This document shows positions 29,419 through 38,346 of a DNA stretch of 63,431 nt, in pieces. The stretch is from an uncultured Clostridia bacterium (GTDB lineage Bacteria; Bacillota_I; Bacilli_A; RF39; UBA660): contig CAMVAF010000005.1 in the NCBI GenBank assembly GCA_947165365.1, positions 1 through 63,431 on the forward strand, read 5' to 3'. How positions within the stretch are numbered: the stretch's first letter is position 1; the number at the start of each line of letters is the position of its first letter. The position numbers and the translations under genes are program-made. The notes beneath the pieces were generated by a model. That model did not search any database. It was not told where the DNA came from and worked only from the letters and a program-made list of their open reading frames with translations.

Positions 29419-30417
29419 TTAAAATAATCTATCCTGATATTCTATTTCAAGATGTTCGTATGCCTTTTTAGTAACTACTCTTCCTCTTGCAGTTCTTTTA
29501 ATATATCCATTTTGCAACAAATATGGTTCATAAACATCTTCTATCGTACTAATTTCCTCTCCAATACTAGAAGCAATTGTTTCAATTCCAACAGGTCCTC
29601 CATTAAATTTTTCAATAATAGCGCGTAAAAATTGGTGATCTGTTTCATCTAATCCTACTTTGTCCACTTTAAGTCTAGATAGGGCCTTATCCGTTATTTC
29701 ATTATTAATCTCTTCTAATCCTTCAACAAGGGCAAAATCTCTTACTCTTTTAAATAATCGATTAGCAATTCTAGGCGTTCCCCTACTTCTTTTAGCAAGA
29801 GATACCGCAGCATCATGTGATATTGGCATATTAAGAACACGACTAGTTCTTTCAATAATCATTCTAAGCTCATCTTCATCATAATATTTAAGTTTACAAG
29901 TGATTCCAAATCTATCCCTCAAAGGACTTGTTAAATCTCCTGCTCTTGTAGTTGCTCCAACTAAGGTAAATGGTGGTAAATCAATTTTAATACTTCTTGT
30001 ATTGTTATCACTTCCTACAACAATATCTAAAGTGAAATCTTCCATCGCCGGATAAAGTATTTCTTCAATAAATCTAGGCATTCGGTGTATTTCATCAATA
30101 AATAAGACATCTCCTGGTTCAAGAGTTGATAGTATCGCTGCCAAATCCCCTGACTTTTCAATAGCAGGACCAGACGCTGTTTTAAGTTCACTTCCAAGTT
30201 CATTGGCAATAATATTAGCAAGAGTTGTTTTACCAAGTCCTGGTGGACCATATAAAAGCACATGATCAAGTGGTTCATTTCTCAATTTAGCAGCTTCAAT
30301 AAAAACTTTAATATTTTCTTTTACTTCACTTTGACCAATATATTCATCAAGACTTTCTGGTCTTATGCTACTATCCTTATCTTCATTTAATTCTTTAGTA
30401 TCAAGTACATCTTCCAT
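29419..30417 (-). CDS. ruvB: Holliday junction branch migration helicase RuvB
   Basis: [11 protein letters not shown], Walker [10 protein letters not shown], Walker B FIDEIHR and sensor TTRAG..PLRDRFG are all present. Confidence 0.96.
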   Translation of the reverse strand: MEDVLDTKELNEDKDSSIRPESLDEYIGQSEVKENIKVFIEAAKLRNEPLDHVLLYGPPGLGKTTLANIIANELGSELKTASGPAIEKSGDLAAILSTLEPGDVLFIDEIHRMPRFIEEILYPAMEDFTLDIVVGSDNNTRSIKIDLPPFTLVGATTRAGDLTSPLRDRFGITCKLKYYDEDELRMIIERTSRVLNMPISHDAAVSLAKRSRGTPRIANRLFKRVRDFALVEGLEEINNEITDKALSRLKVDKVGLDETDHQFLRAIIEKFNGGPVGIETIASSIGEEISTIEDVYEPYLLQNGYIKRTARGRVVTKKAYEHLEIEYQDRLF

Positions 30418-30512
30418 TAAAACACCATCCTTCTATTTCTTTCTAATTGTATCATAATAATAATTATTATTTATTTTATTTGACAATATTTTTACAAATT
30501 TATTTTTTTATT

Positions 30513-30620
30513 TCATTCAAAATTTGTTTTTGTATTGAATCTATATCTATAAAAAACAAGTTTATGTCTCCTTTTTTTTATTTCATTAATATGATACAAA
30601 TAACCCGTTTTAATTTTCAT
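30513..30620 (-). CDS. putative 35-aa basic peptide (MKIKTGYLYHINEIKKRRHKLVFYRYRFNTKTNFE)
   Basis: GGGGA lies 7 nt upstream of the ATG. Located between the tandem repeats and ruvB. Contains an A8 run. No homology recognised. Confidence 0.25.
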   Translation of the reverse strand: MKIKTGYLYHINEIKKRRHKLVFYRYRFNTKTNFE

Positions 30621-30694
30621 AAAATCATCCCCAATAACAAATATATCACATTATAAAAGAAAACTCCATTATAATGATGAAGCTTCTTACATTT

Positions 30695-30795
30695 TCAACC
30701 GGGATTATTTATCACTCGCAAACCACCCGGAAGCGAGAAACATTGTCGACCGGGATTATTTATTACTCGCAAACCACCCGAAAGCGAGAAACATT
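30695..30795 (-). repeat. two tandem 51-bp GC-rich repeats, candidate structured RNA units
   Basis: 30698-30744 and 30749-30795 are identical at 45 of 47 positions. Each unit carries interleaved complementary pairs CUCGC/GCGAG and (C/U)CGGG/CCCGG. Strand assignment rests on the loop geometry. Confidence 0.8.
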
Positions 30796-30888
30796 TACAC
30801 ATGAATTTCTTCATTGCATAATTAATATACTATAAATTTACGAAAATGTTAAATAGTATATCACCATTATTATATGTATTTTTATTAA

Positions 30889-31446
30889 TTATTTACCAAC
30901 TAATAATCTTAAAGCTTCCTTAATTTGTTCTTCAATAGATTTTTCTTTATCTACTTTTAAGATAACCGTCTTAATTTCTTTTTCTTTATAACCAAGTCCT
31001 TTTAAAGCTTCTAATAGTTCATTATCAGTATTTTCTTCTTCTATAACACCAGAGATAACAAGTTTCCCTTTTAAATCTAGAATCATTTGTCTTGCTAATT
31101 TATCACCAATTTTAGGAAATTTCTTTAAATATAAGATATTTTCCCTATTAATAGCATCTGCTATCCCATTAATACTTCCCATAGCAATAATAGGAAGAGC
31201 CATCTTAGGGCCTAATCCTTTAACATCAATTAATTTTAAAAATAATTCTTTCTCTTCATATTTTTTAAATCCATATAAACTATGTTCATCTTCTCTTATA
31301 TAATCATAGATATAAACAGTATATTCTTTGTTTTCTCCAAATGAATAAGGATTAGGTGTATATATTAAATAACCAATTCCATTATTATCTAAGGTAATAC
31401 TATTACTATTTATCTCCATAACCATACCTTTAATATAACTATACAT
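30889..31446 (-). CDS. ruvA: Holliday junction DNA helicase subunit RuvA
   Basis: MYSYIKG...GIGY...ELFLKLIDVKGLGPKMAL (HhH) with a C-terminal domain III. 185 aa. Confidence 0.93.
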   Translation of the reverse strand: MYSYIKGMVMEINSNSITLDNNGIGYLIYTPNPYSFGENKEYTVYIYDYIREDEHSLYGFKKYEEKELFLKLIDVKGLGPKMALPIIAMGSINGIADAINRENILYLKKFPKIGDKLARQMILDLKGKLVISGVIEEENTDNELLEALKGLGYKEKEIKTVILKVDKEKSIEEQIKEALRLLVGK

Positions 31447-31518
31447 AAATTCTCCTTCTATTCATAAATTATGATATCATAATTATTGATATTAATGAAG
31501 ATAGTTGACAAATATTTT

Positions 31519-32799
31519 CTAATCAAAATCTTTTAATATTTCTACTAATTCATCAATATTTTCTTTATTCTCTTCGATATCTTTATCTAACCACTCTGGT
31601 AATTCTTGTTTATCTTTAATATTTTTATTTTCTTTCTTTAATGGTATTTGTTTAGTAATCTTTTTATGTTCCTTACGACAGATATCTATTGCTTCTTTAA
31701 CTGTTTCAATATTAAGTCTTTTCCATTGACCTGCAATAGCTTCTATAAAATCTTTATTTAATTTCATATTATTTACTTTTAATGCATAATCTATTAAAAC
31801 ATTAACTACACCTGCTGGTAATTTTTGATTAATCATTAAACTATCAATTATTTTTTTATCTCTTATAGTTGGCTCGGCATTATTATAAAGTTTTTTTAAT
31901 AATTCAATGGGACTAATATTTTCAAAAGTATAAATAATTTGGGATAACTTGGTATTAGATCCTGTTGGTTCTTTTAGATAATCTGGTTGTTTATTATAAA
32001 TTAATGTTGGAAGTTTTCCATTGTTTTCAAATTGATAAAAGTTTCTTGCAGAACTTATTAATTCTTCTTTATCAATCATTCCTTTTTCATTTATAGCATT
32101 TCTTACTAATCCTTGCATATTAATATTATCTATTTTATAAAGGTAAGCGAGATTAATTATTAAATTTACAGTATCTTTATTAAAACATTTGGGACTTGTC
32201 ATACGATTTGGTATACCACTAATTATTAAATTAATATCAATATTTCCTTTTATTTCTAATTTTCTTGTTTTTTCATCGACAATATCTAAGTTTTCATAAT
32301 TATAACCATTAACTGGCGTAAACACGTGATCAAATGATACTGTAATATCTTCATAATCCTTGGTAACTACTCTTTTAGTTCGATATTTATTAACAATTTT
32401 TTCATATTCCATTTTGCCTAGATTATTATATAAAACAACATTTAATATTGGATGATTTAAAAAATCACTGGCTGATAGTGGTGCATAAAGTACATATATA
32501 TAATTATTAATGTTATCACCTTTATAAAAAGTTTTTAATAAACCAATAGCTTCTAATTTTTCTCTTGCTTTAACTATTGTATCTAAATTAGTTAACATAA
32601 TATTCATTAAATGTTGATGATTTAATTTCTCACTTTCTATGTTATCATTTGATAAATCATTAGTTAATGTTAAATATAAATTTATAGCATTCATACCTAT
32701 TATTGGTTGATAAAGTGATACTAGAATATCCTTTTCTTTATTTTCGATAAAAGCTTTATTAAATACGATATATGTATCTGCTGGAAGTATATTTCTCAT
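31519..32799 (-). CDS. replication initiation/membrane attachment protein, DnaB/DnaD-domain helicase-loader type
   Basis: 426 aa. The N-terminus ...FIENKEKDILVSLYQPIIG and the C-terminal DnaD-like repeat (FIEAIAGQWKRLNIETVKEA) resemble Firmicute DnaB. Confidence 0.7.
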   Translation of the reverse strand: MRNILPADTYIVFNKAFIENKEKDILVSLYQPIIGMNAINLYLTLTNDLSNDNIESEKLNHQHLMNIMLTNLDTIVKAREKLEAIGLLKTFYKGDNINNYIYVLYAPLSASDFLNHPILNVVLYNNLGKMEYEKIVNKYRTKRVVTKDYEDITVSFDHVFTPVNGYNYENLDIVDEKTRKLEIKGNIDINLIISGIPNRMTSPKCFNKDTVNLIINLAYLYKIDNINMQGLVRNAINEKGMIDKEELISSARNFYQFENNGKLPTLIYNKQPDYLKEPTGSNTKLSQIIYTFENISPIELLKKLYNNAEPTIRDKKIIDSLMINQKLPAGVVNVLIDYALKVNNMKLNKDFIEAIAGQWKRLNIETVKEAIDICRKEHKKITKQIPLKKENKNIKDKQELPEWLDKDIEENKENIDELVEILKDFD

Positions 32800-33546
32800 T
32801 TAATCACCTTTTCTTTTAATTATTTTATCATAATACCACTTAGAATAATTTTCTTTTAAAATCTTTTCATCTTCTTGGTCTTTTAAAGGATTTTTATTAA
32901 GATTATCTATGCGATATCCTACTAATTTTTCTTTTATAAAAATAAATTTGTATGGTAATTCTACTAATTTTAATAATCCTTTCCAATCATTATTATATAT
33001 ATAATCAGTTGGAAATAAATCAAGAGGTATATTTTTTTTAACGAACGTTATACTACTAGTACAAATAAATTTTTCTTTTTTTAAACATCTTTTTTTAAAA
33101 TATTTACTATTTTGAAATCTTTTAATACTTAAAGGATATAAATAAAATCTTTTTCTAAATAATCTTTTATTTTTGAAAATCATTTTATCTTTTTCTATTT
33201 CATAGTTATCTGTAAATATAATAGATGTATCTTTATTATTTTTATAAGCTTTAATTATTTCTTTAGTATAATTACGATTATATAAATCATCTTGATGAGC
33301 GATAGTAACTAATTTTGTGTTAGCAGAAGAAATGGCATAATTATAATCACTTCCTTTATTACTTTTACTATTATTAACCATTAAACCAATACCATAACGA
33401 CTTGCAATATCTAATATATAATCACTAGGAGTACTTGTTGCTATTACAACAATTGATTTTTTACTTTGTTTTAGAATAGATTTAATACACTCCTCTAAAT
33501 CATCACTTTCATTATAAGCTAAAATAACAAATGTATGTAAAGACAT
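32800..33546 (-). CDS. family 2 glycosyltransferase
   Basis: The N-terminus FVILAYNESDDLEECIKSIL and an internal DD motif are typical of GT-A/GT2. The stop abuts the dnaB-like start. Confidence 0.75.
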   Translation of the reverse strand: MSLHTFVILAYNESDDLEECIKSILKQSKKSIVVIATSTPSDYILDIASRYGIGLMVNNSKSNKGSDYNYAISSANTKLVTIAHQDDLYNRNYTKEIIKAYKNNKDTSIIFTDNYEIEKDKMIFKNKRLFRKRFYLYPLSIKRFQNSKYFKKRCLKKEKFICTSSITFVKKNIPLDLFPTDYIYNNDWKGLLKLVELPYKFIFIKEKLVGYRIDNLNKNPLKDQEDEKILKENYSKWYYDKIIKRKGD

Positions 33547-33692
33547 GATATCACCTACTCTCTAAAATATTTTATCAAAAGATTATTTTTTTTACAATTG
33601 ATATACAGATAATTTGTCAAATATCTTTAATTTTTGCAAAAGAAACTTCAACTTTTAATATTTTTTTGATAAACTATTATTATCGAGGTAGT

Positions 33693-35615
33693 ATGGAAAA
33701 GAAAATAGAAAAGAAATTTAAATTTTATATAATATTTATTATTTTAGCTTTTATAGCATTAATAACCTATTGTTATTTTACAATTAAAAACATAACCACT
33801 ATTAAAGATAATATTCCTAAGATTTTAGAATTAATCTTCATTTTATTATTAATTATATGTATTTATGTAATGGGAAGAAAAAATGAAAATAAAAAGAATA
33901 TTCCAATAATTATTGGCAGCATTATCATCATTATATATTGCATTATTAATTCGTTAATAAGTTTAGGAATAATAAATTTACAACACGATGAATTCGTACC
34001 TAACTTTTACAATTTAGATAAAGAAAAAGTTTATAATTGGAATAATAATTACAAAGTTAAAATAACAGAGAATTATGAATATAGTGATATTATTAAAGAA
34101 GGAATGATTATTAGTCAAAATTATACATATCCTACTTTATCAAAAGATGTTGATGAACTTATTATAACTATATCCCTTGGACCTGACTATAGTAAGGAAA
34201 TTAATATTAAAAGTTTAGTAGGTTTAAAATATGATGATGCTCTTCAATATATTAAGGATAATCATTTAAGCAATGTTACTTTTAAATATGTAAAAATGGA
34301 TAATAACATTGATACTATTATTTCTCAAAGTGCTAGTGGAACAATGAAAAGAGATGATGAAATAATTTTAGAACTTGCTATTAATCAAGAATTTATACCT
34401 TTTACAATAGAAGATTTAACAAATAAAGATAAGATTTATGCTGAGAGTTATTTAAGAAAAAATGGAATGAATGTTAAACTAGAATATGATTATAGTGATA
34501 CTGTTCTAAAAGATTGTGTAATTACTCAGGATCTTAAAGGTAAAGTGGAAGAAGAAGGAATTGTGACACTAACAATATCTAAGGGAAAAAAATTAATTGC
34601 CCCTAATATTTCTGAAATGAAAAAAGATGATATAGAAAATTGGATAAGTGATAATGATTTAAAAATTAAATATATAGAAGAATACTCTGATACAATAAAT
34701 CTTGGAGATATTATATCAACCAGTACTAACGAAGGAGATATCTTAAGTAATAGTGATGAAATAGTTATTACTATATCAAAAGGACCACTTAAAATGATTG
34801 AAGTTGATGATTTATCAAATTTTATTAATTGGGCCAAAAATAATGATGTAGATTACCAAATTGATTATGAATATCATAATACTTTAGCTAAAGATAAAAT
34901 TATAAGTGTATCCAAAAAAACTGGTGAAGCAATAAGTAAAAATGATGTTGTCATCATTAAAGTTTCTAAAGGTAAAAGTATTACTATCCCTAATTTTGTA
35001 GGTATGACAAAATCTGAAATCAGCAAAAAATGTTCTAGTATTAAACTTAACTGTTCTTTTAAAAATGGTGGTTTAACAAGTAATACTAAAAAAGATATTT
35101 GTTTAAGTCAAAGTAAAAAAAGTGGTACTACTGTATCTGAAGGCACAAACCTTGTCTTAACATTATCAGGAGGAATACAAGAAAAAGTATCTTTACCAAA
35201 TTTTATTGGTATGACCAAAACAGATATTTCAAATAAATGTAAAAGTATTGGAATAACATGTAGTTTCACCTATGAAAGTAATTTTTCAAGTACTAAGAAA
35301 GATATATGTACTAAACAAAGTAAAATTGGAACTATTAATAAAGGAAGTAAAATAACAATTACTTTAAGTAAAGGACCTGCTGGAACTTGCAAAATAATTG
35401 TTGATGCAAATCAATTAAGTAGTGGTAATCCTGAAGGAACAAAGAAAACATTACAAACTAAATTAAAAAATAATTGTCCAAATGTTAACTTTGAATTTCA
35501 ATTTAAAACAGCAAATTCTGGAATAGGTTATCTTGCCCCAAATAGTGATATTAAGGTTGGATCAAATTCTTTAATCGAAGGTAAGACTTATAAAGTTATC
35601 ATAAATAGTAATTAA
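33693..35615 (+). CDS. membrane protein with multiple PASTA-like repeats and no kinase or transpeptidase domain
   Basis: ATG at 33693 follows GAGGT. Three N-terminal TM helices. At least 6 repeats of the form ...I.ISKG......PN..GM....... Confidence 0.6.
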   Translation: MEKKIEKKFKFYIIFIILAFIALITYCYFTIKNITTIKDNIPKILELIFILLLIICIYVMGRKNENKKNIPIIIGSIIIIIYCIINSLISLGIINLQHDEFVPNFYNLDKEKVYNWNNNYKVKITENYEYSDIIKEGMIISQNYTYPTLSKDVDELIITISLGPDYSKEINIKSLVGLKYDDALQYIKDNHLSNVTFKYVKMDNNIDTIISQSASGTMKRDDEIILELAINQEFIPFTIEDLTNKDKIYAESYLRKNGMNVKLEYDYSDTVLKDCVITQDLKGKVEEEGIVTLTISKGKKLIAPNISEMKKDDIENWISDNDLKIKYIEEYSDTINLGDIISTSTNEGDILSNSDEIVITISKGPLKMIEVDDLSNFINWAKNNDVDYQIDYEYHNTLAKDKIISVSKKTGEAISKNDVVIIKVSKGKSITIPNFVGMTKSEISKKCSSIKLNCSFKNGGLTSNTKKDICLSQSKKSGTTVSEGTNLVLTLSGGIQEKVSLPNFIGMTKTDISNKCKSIGITCSFTYESNFSSTKKDICTKQSKIGTINKGSKITITLSKGPAGTCKIIVDANQLSSGNPEGTKKTLQTKLKNNCPNVNFEFQFKTANSGIGYLAPNSDIKVGSNSLIEGKTYKVIINSN

Positions 35616-35713
35616 AAAAGAACTGTTTCATAAACAGTTCTTTTGCTATGTAATAATATGCCTAAGCATAAATAAAGGAGTAAAATGAAGTTTTTACATA
35701 GCATGAAAGGCAT
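35612..35713 (-). CDS. putative 33-aa hydrophobic peptide (MPFMLCKNFILLLYLCLGILLHSKRTVYETVLF), type I toxin-like
   Basis: AAAGGAG SD lies 3 nt before ATG 35713 and 12 nt before the in-frame ATG 35704. TGcTATTAT extended -10 lies upstream. The ORF ends in the U-tract of the bidirectional terminator. Confidence 0.3.
   Translation of the reverse strand: MPFMLCKNFILLLYLCLGILLHSKRTVYETVLF
35614..35644. terminator. bidirectional rho-independent terminator
   Basis: AAAAAA-GAACTGTTT-CAT-AAACAGTTC-TTTT, directly after the PASTA-protein stop. Confidence 0.75.
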
Positions 35714-35783
35714 TATCTCCTTTCGAGATCTATATAATAGCACAATGCTTTGTCGAAATATGTCATTTTTTGTCGAAAAGTAA
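35685..35783 (+). CDS. putative 32-aa peptide (MKFLHSMKGIISFRDLYNSTMLCRNMSFFVEK), or the 5' part of an antisense RNA
   Basis: AAAGGAG SD lies 4 nt before the ATG. Overlaps the 5' end of the minus-strand mini-ORF by 29 bp. Confidence 0.2.
   Translation: MKFLHSMKGIISFRDLYNSTMLCRNMSFFVEK
35749..35778. promoter_or_regulatory. direct repeat TTTGTCGAAA x2, 20-bp period; possible regulator site
   Basis: Exact 10-mers at 35749-35758 and 35769-35778, upstream of the minus-strand mini-ORF promoter. Confidence 0.3.
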
Positions 35784-35785
35784 AT

Positions 35786-36397
35786 TTATTTAAATTTTAT
35801 TCCTAAATTCGATACTATATAAGGTGATTGAGAAATATCAATGATAATTCCTTTAAGTGATTTATGATCAAATTTAATACTTTCAATGTCACAAGAAGAT
35901 AAATCCATCATATTCATATTAGTATCAATAATTTCCATTTTCTTTAAATTATTATTTTCTAAAGAAAAGTTTTTTTGTTTCACATTCATAAAACGTGCTT
36001 CTTCCATATTGGAGTTTTTTATAAGAACATTATATAGATCTGTATCACAAAAATTAGCATATTTTAGCATACAATTTTCCAATAAGATATTATCCAATTT
36101 TGTATTAATAAAACTTACTCCTGTCATTTTGCAATTATGAAACTCGACTCTTGTTAAATATTCATCATCAAATGAAATATTTGATAAATCACAATTATTA
36201 AAAATCACATCAATTAAAGAATTATTATTAAAAGTGATATTACTAAAATCAATATTATCAAATCTAAATGTATCAATTGTTTGATTTTCAATAAGCACAT
36301 TATCGGCATTACTTTTAATATAGCCATTTTGATATTCAGTACATTCTTCAAATGTTGTATCACATAAATAATTTATTTTTGGACAAATTATTTTCAT
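35786..36397 (-). CDS. pentapeptide repeat protein
   Basis: 203 aa dominated by A(D/N)LxX-type pentapeptides (ANFCDTDLYNVLIKNSNMEEARFMNV...). Confidence 0.8.
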   Translation of the reverse strand: MKIICPKINYLCDTTFEECTEYQNGYIKSNADNVLIENQTIDTFRFDNIDFSNITFNNNSLIDVIFNNCDLSNISFDDEYLTRVEFHNCKMTGVSFINTKLDNILLENCMLKYANFCDTDLYNVLIKNSNMEEARFMNVKQKNFSLENNNLKKMEIIDTNMNMMDLSSCDIESIKFDHKSLKGIIIDISQSPYIVSNLGIKFK

Positions 36398-36448
36398 TTT
36401 ATACCTCCATTTTATTTTGAAAAAGAAAAGAGTTTTTCAACTCTTATT

Positions 36449-38329
36449 TTATACAAAGTAATCTACACGATATCCTTGACCAGCTCTTGAAAACATCGTT
36501 CTTTTACTTGTATCGGCTTCACTTAGCGAGCAAAAATTACCTGTCCATGAATCAATTGTAAGTAAATCTTCTTCGCGTAGTTCTGAGGCTGAATACTTAT
36601 CTCTTTTATAACCAACAACTAAAACGAAATGTCTAGAATTTCTTGCTTTTGTACCAGTTACTTGTAATACACATACATTTCCTTTATTAATTTCTTTATA
36701 AACTTTCTCTAAAGCCTCCGCTTTTGTTTTATAGAAACTATGAGTCATGGCTTTTATGGAACTCCAACGACATGCTTTAATGGGATCCATCTTACTTAAA
36801 TCACCAACTTGAATATATCCTGCATGATAAATAGAAAAACTTAAACATGCACTAGTACAGTTATATGGATCATCACCATTAGCAAAAGCAGATTGAGAAA
36901 TCTTTCCTTTTGTCATATTAACAAATGTTGTTAAATCATTTTTAGTATTGGCAATAACATATTCTCCACCAGCATAACTATAGTATTTAATATTACTATT
37001 ACCAATTGTGGGATCTTTTTTTACTGGATTACATTCCAAAGTTGTATGATTTCCAGCTTCATCAATTACCTCCACTTTGGCAGTTTTATATTCATTCGTT
37101 ATTTTAACATATGACGTTTGTTCTAGGAAATCCGATTCAAAATCATTGACAATATACTTATATTTACTAATTGGTTTACTAATTGATGTAACGATAATAT
37201 CTACTCGGTTTCCGTAAATATTAGCATCACAAGTAAATGTTGGCGTTTTTCGGTCAATATTACTTATAGTAACTTTTTTTTCTATATTTCTTCCATATTT
37301 ATCATATGCCCAAAAATGATAAATTCCATTTTCATTAGCAGCATAACTAAATTCACTTTCTAAAACCTTTTCTCCTGTTGGTAAATAAGAATATGCATAA
37401 TTCTCTCCCAAAACTTTCATTTTGATAGTAACAGTTTCATTAGTTTTTTCTACTGGGGTAATCTCCTCCACCATTTCTAGTTCTGTAACATTATTTAAAA
37501 CAGTAACAGTTCTAGTTGTTGAAATAGTAAATCCACTTTTATTGGTAACAGAATATAGAACTTTATACTCACCTATTTCATTTGTATTAATTTGTCCTGA
37601 TCTATTAATCTTATAAGAAATATCACCTTCAGTAGGATCTTTAGCCGTAGCACCTGGATCATTATATATACTACCTTTTAAAATATAAATATTATCTTCT
37701 CCATTAATCTCAATTGTTGGGTATAAATTTTTAATTTTCTCATCATCTGTTACAATAACTTTACGATTTATGGTTTCATTAGAATTTTTCCCAATATAAA
37801 AAATATTATATACCCCTTCTTCTTCACCAACTATACCAGATACAATAACAGGTTCACTGCTCACATATCCTGGATCTTGAAATTTTGTTCCTTTGGCTAA
37901 CATATAAATGTTTTTGCCAACTAATTTAATAGGGCTATCCTCCTTAACTTCAATAACGTTACTTTCATAATCACTGCACAATAAATAAGCCTTATTTAAA
38001 TTACCAGAAGAAATTACTCCTGACATAAAAGAACAATTATTTGGTATTTGGACACCTAAAGAAGCTGCTGAAATATATTTTTCTGATGTCGATAAAACAT
38101 TCTTAGCAAAATATGTTTCCGCAGCTTTTTCAAGTTGTTTTTCAACATCCCCATACTTCTCATTCTTTACCAAATCTTTAGAAACTTCTTCTTTAGGAGA
38201 TGCAATCCATAATATAATAACAAAAATGATAATAATTCCTAAAACAATCATTATTATATTCAATATTTTATTTAAATTATAATTATTCTTTTTATCATCC
38301 TGTTTTACTTCATAATAGTCATCGTACAT
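36449..38329 (-). CDS. membrane-anchored protein with DUF5011-type Ig-like domains and a C-terminal papain/C39-like cysteine peptidase-like domain
   Basis: N-terminal TM. Ig-like blocks (YNDPGATAKDPTEGDISYKI...GEYKVLYSVTNKSGFTISTTRTVTV). The C-terminus has Q...C (SQSAF..NCTSACLSF) and HFVLVVGY...LLTIDS, resembling Cys/His/Asp peptidase order. Confidence 0.6.
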   Translation of the reverse strand: MYDDYYEVKQDDKKNNYNLNKILNIIMIVLGIIIIFVIILWIASPKEEVSKDLVKNEKYGDVEKQLEKAAETYFAKNVLSTSEKYISAASLGVQIPNNCSFMSGVISSGNLNKAYLLCSDYESNVIEVKEDSPIKLVGKNIYMLAKGTKFQDPGYVSSEPVIVSGIVGEEEGVYNIFYIGKNSNETINRKVIVTDDEKIKNLYPTIEINGEDNIYILKGSIYNDPGATAKDPTEGDISYKINRSGQINTNEIGEYKVLYSVTNKSGFTISTTRTVTVLNNVTELEMVEEITPVEKTNETVTIKMKVLGENYAYSYLPTGEKVLESEFSYAANENGIYHFWAYDKYGRNIEKKVTISNIDRKTPTFTCDANIYGNRVDIIVTSISKPISKYKYIVNDFESDFLEQTSYVKITNEYKTAKVEVIDEAGNHTTLECNPVKKDPTIGNSNIKYYSYAGGEYVIANTKNDLTTFVNMTKGKISQSAFANGDDPYNCTSACLSFSIYHAGYIQVGDLSKMDPIKACRWSSIKAMTHSFYKTKAEALEKVYKEINKGNVCVLQVTGTKARNSRHFVLVVGYKRDKYSASELREEDLLTIDSWTGNFCSLSEADTSKRTMFSRAGQGYRVDYFV

Positions 38330-38346
38330 TTAAATCATCCTCCATC

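Noticed and set aside
30447-30656. The 69-aa plus-strand ORF in the ruvA-ruvB spacer.
   Set aside because: The sequence is low-complexity F/I/Y/N-rich, as expected from AT-rich DNA. It has no SD and is antisense to the operon.
30695-30795. Possible CRISPR array.
   Set aside because: There are only two copies, abutting with a 4-nt junction and no spacers. No cas genes are in the window.
30695-30814. A 39-codon minus-strand ORF running through the tandem repeats (MKKFMCK + CFSLSGGLRVINNPGRQ + CFSLPGGLRVINNPG). The 51-bp period equals 17 codons, so this could be a repeat-core RiPP-like precursor.
   Set aside because: There is no Shine-Dalgarno before either ATG. The ORF is rich in CGA/TCG/CCG/CCC codons, which look rare in the genes I read here. 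No modification or export genes are nearby. The substitutions preserve the RNA pairing. I kept it as an alternative within the repeat finding, not as a gene call.
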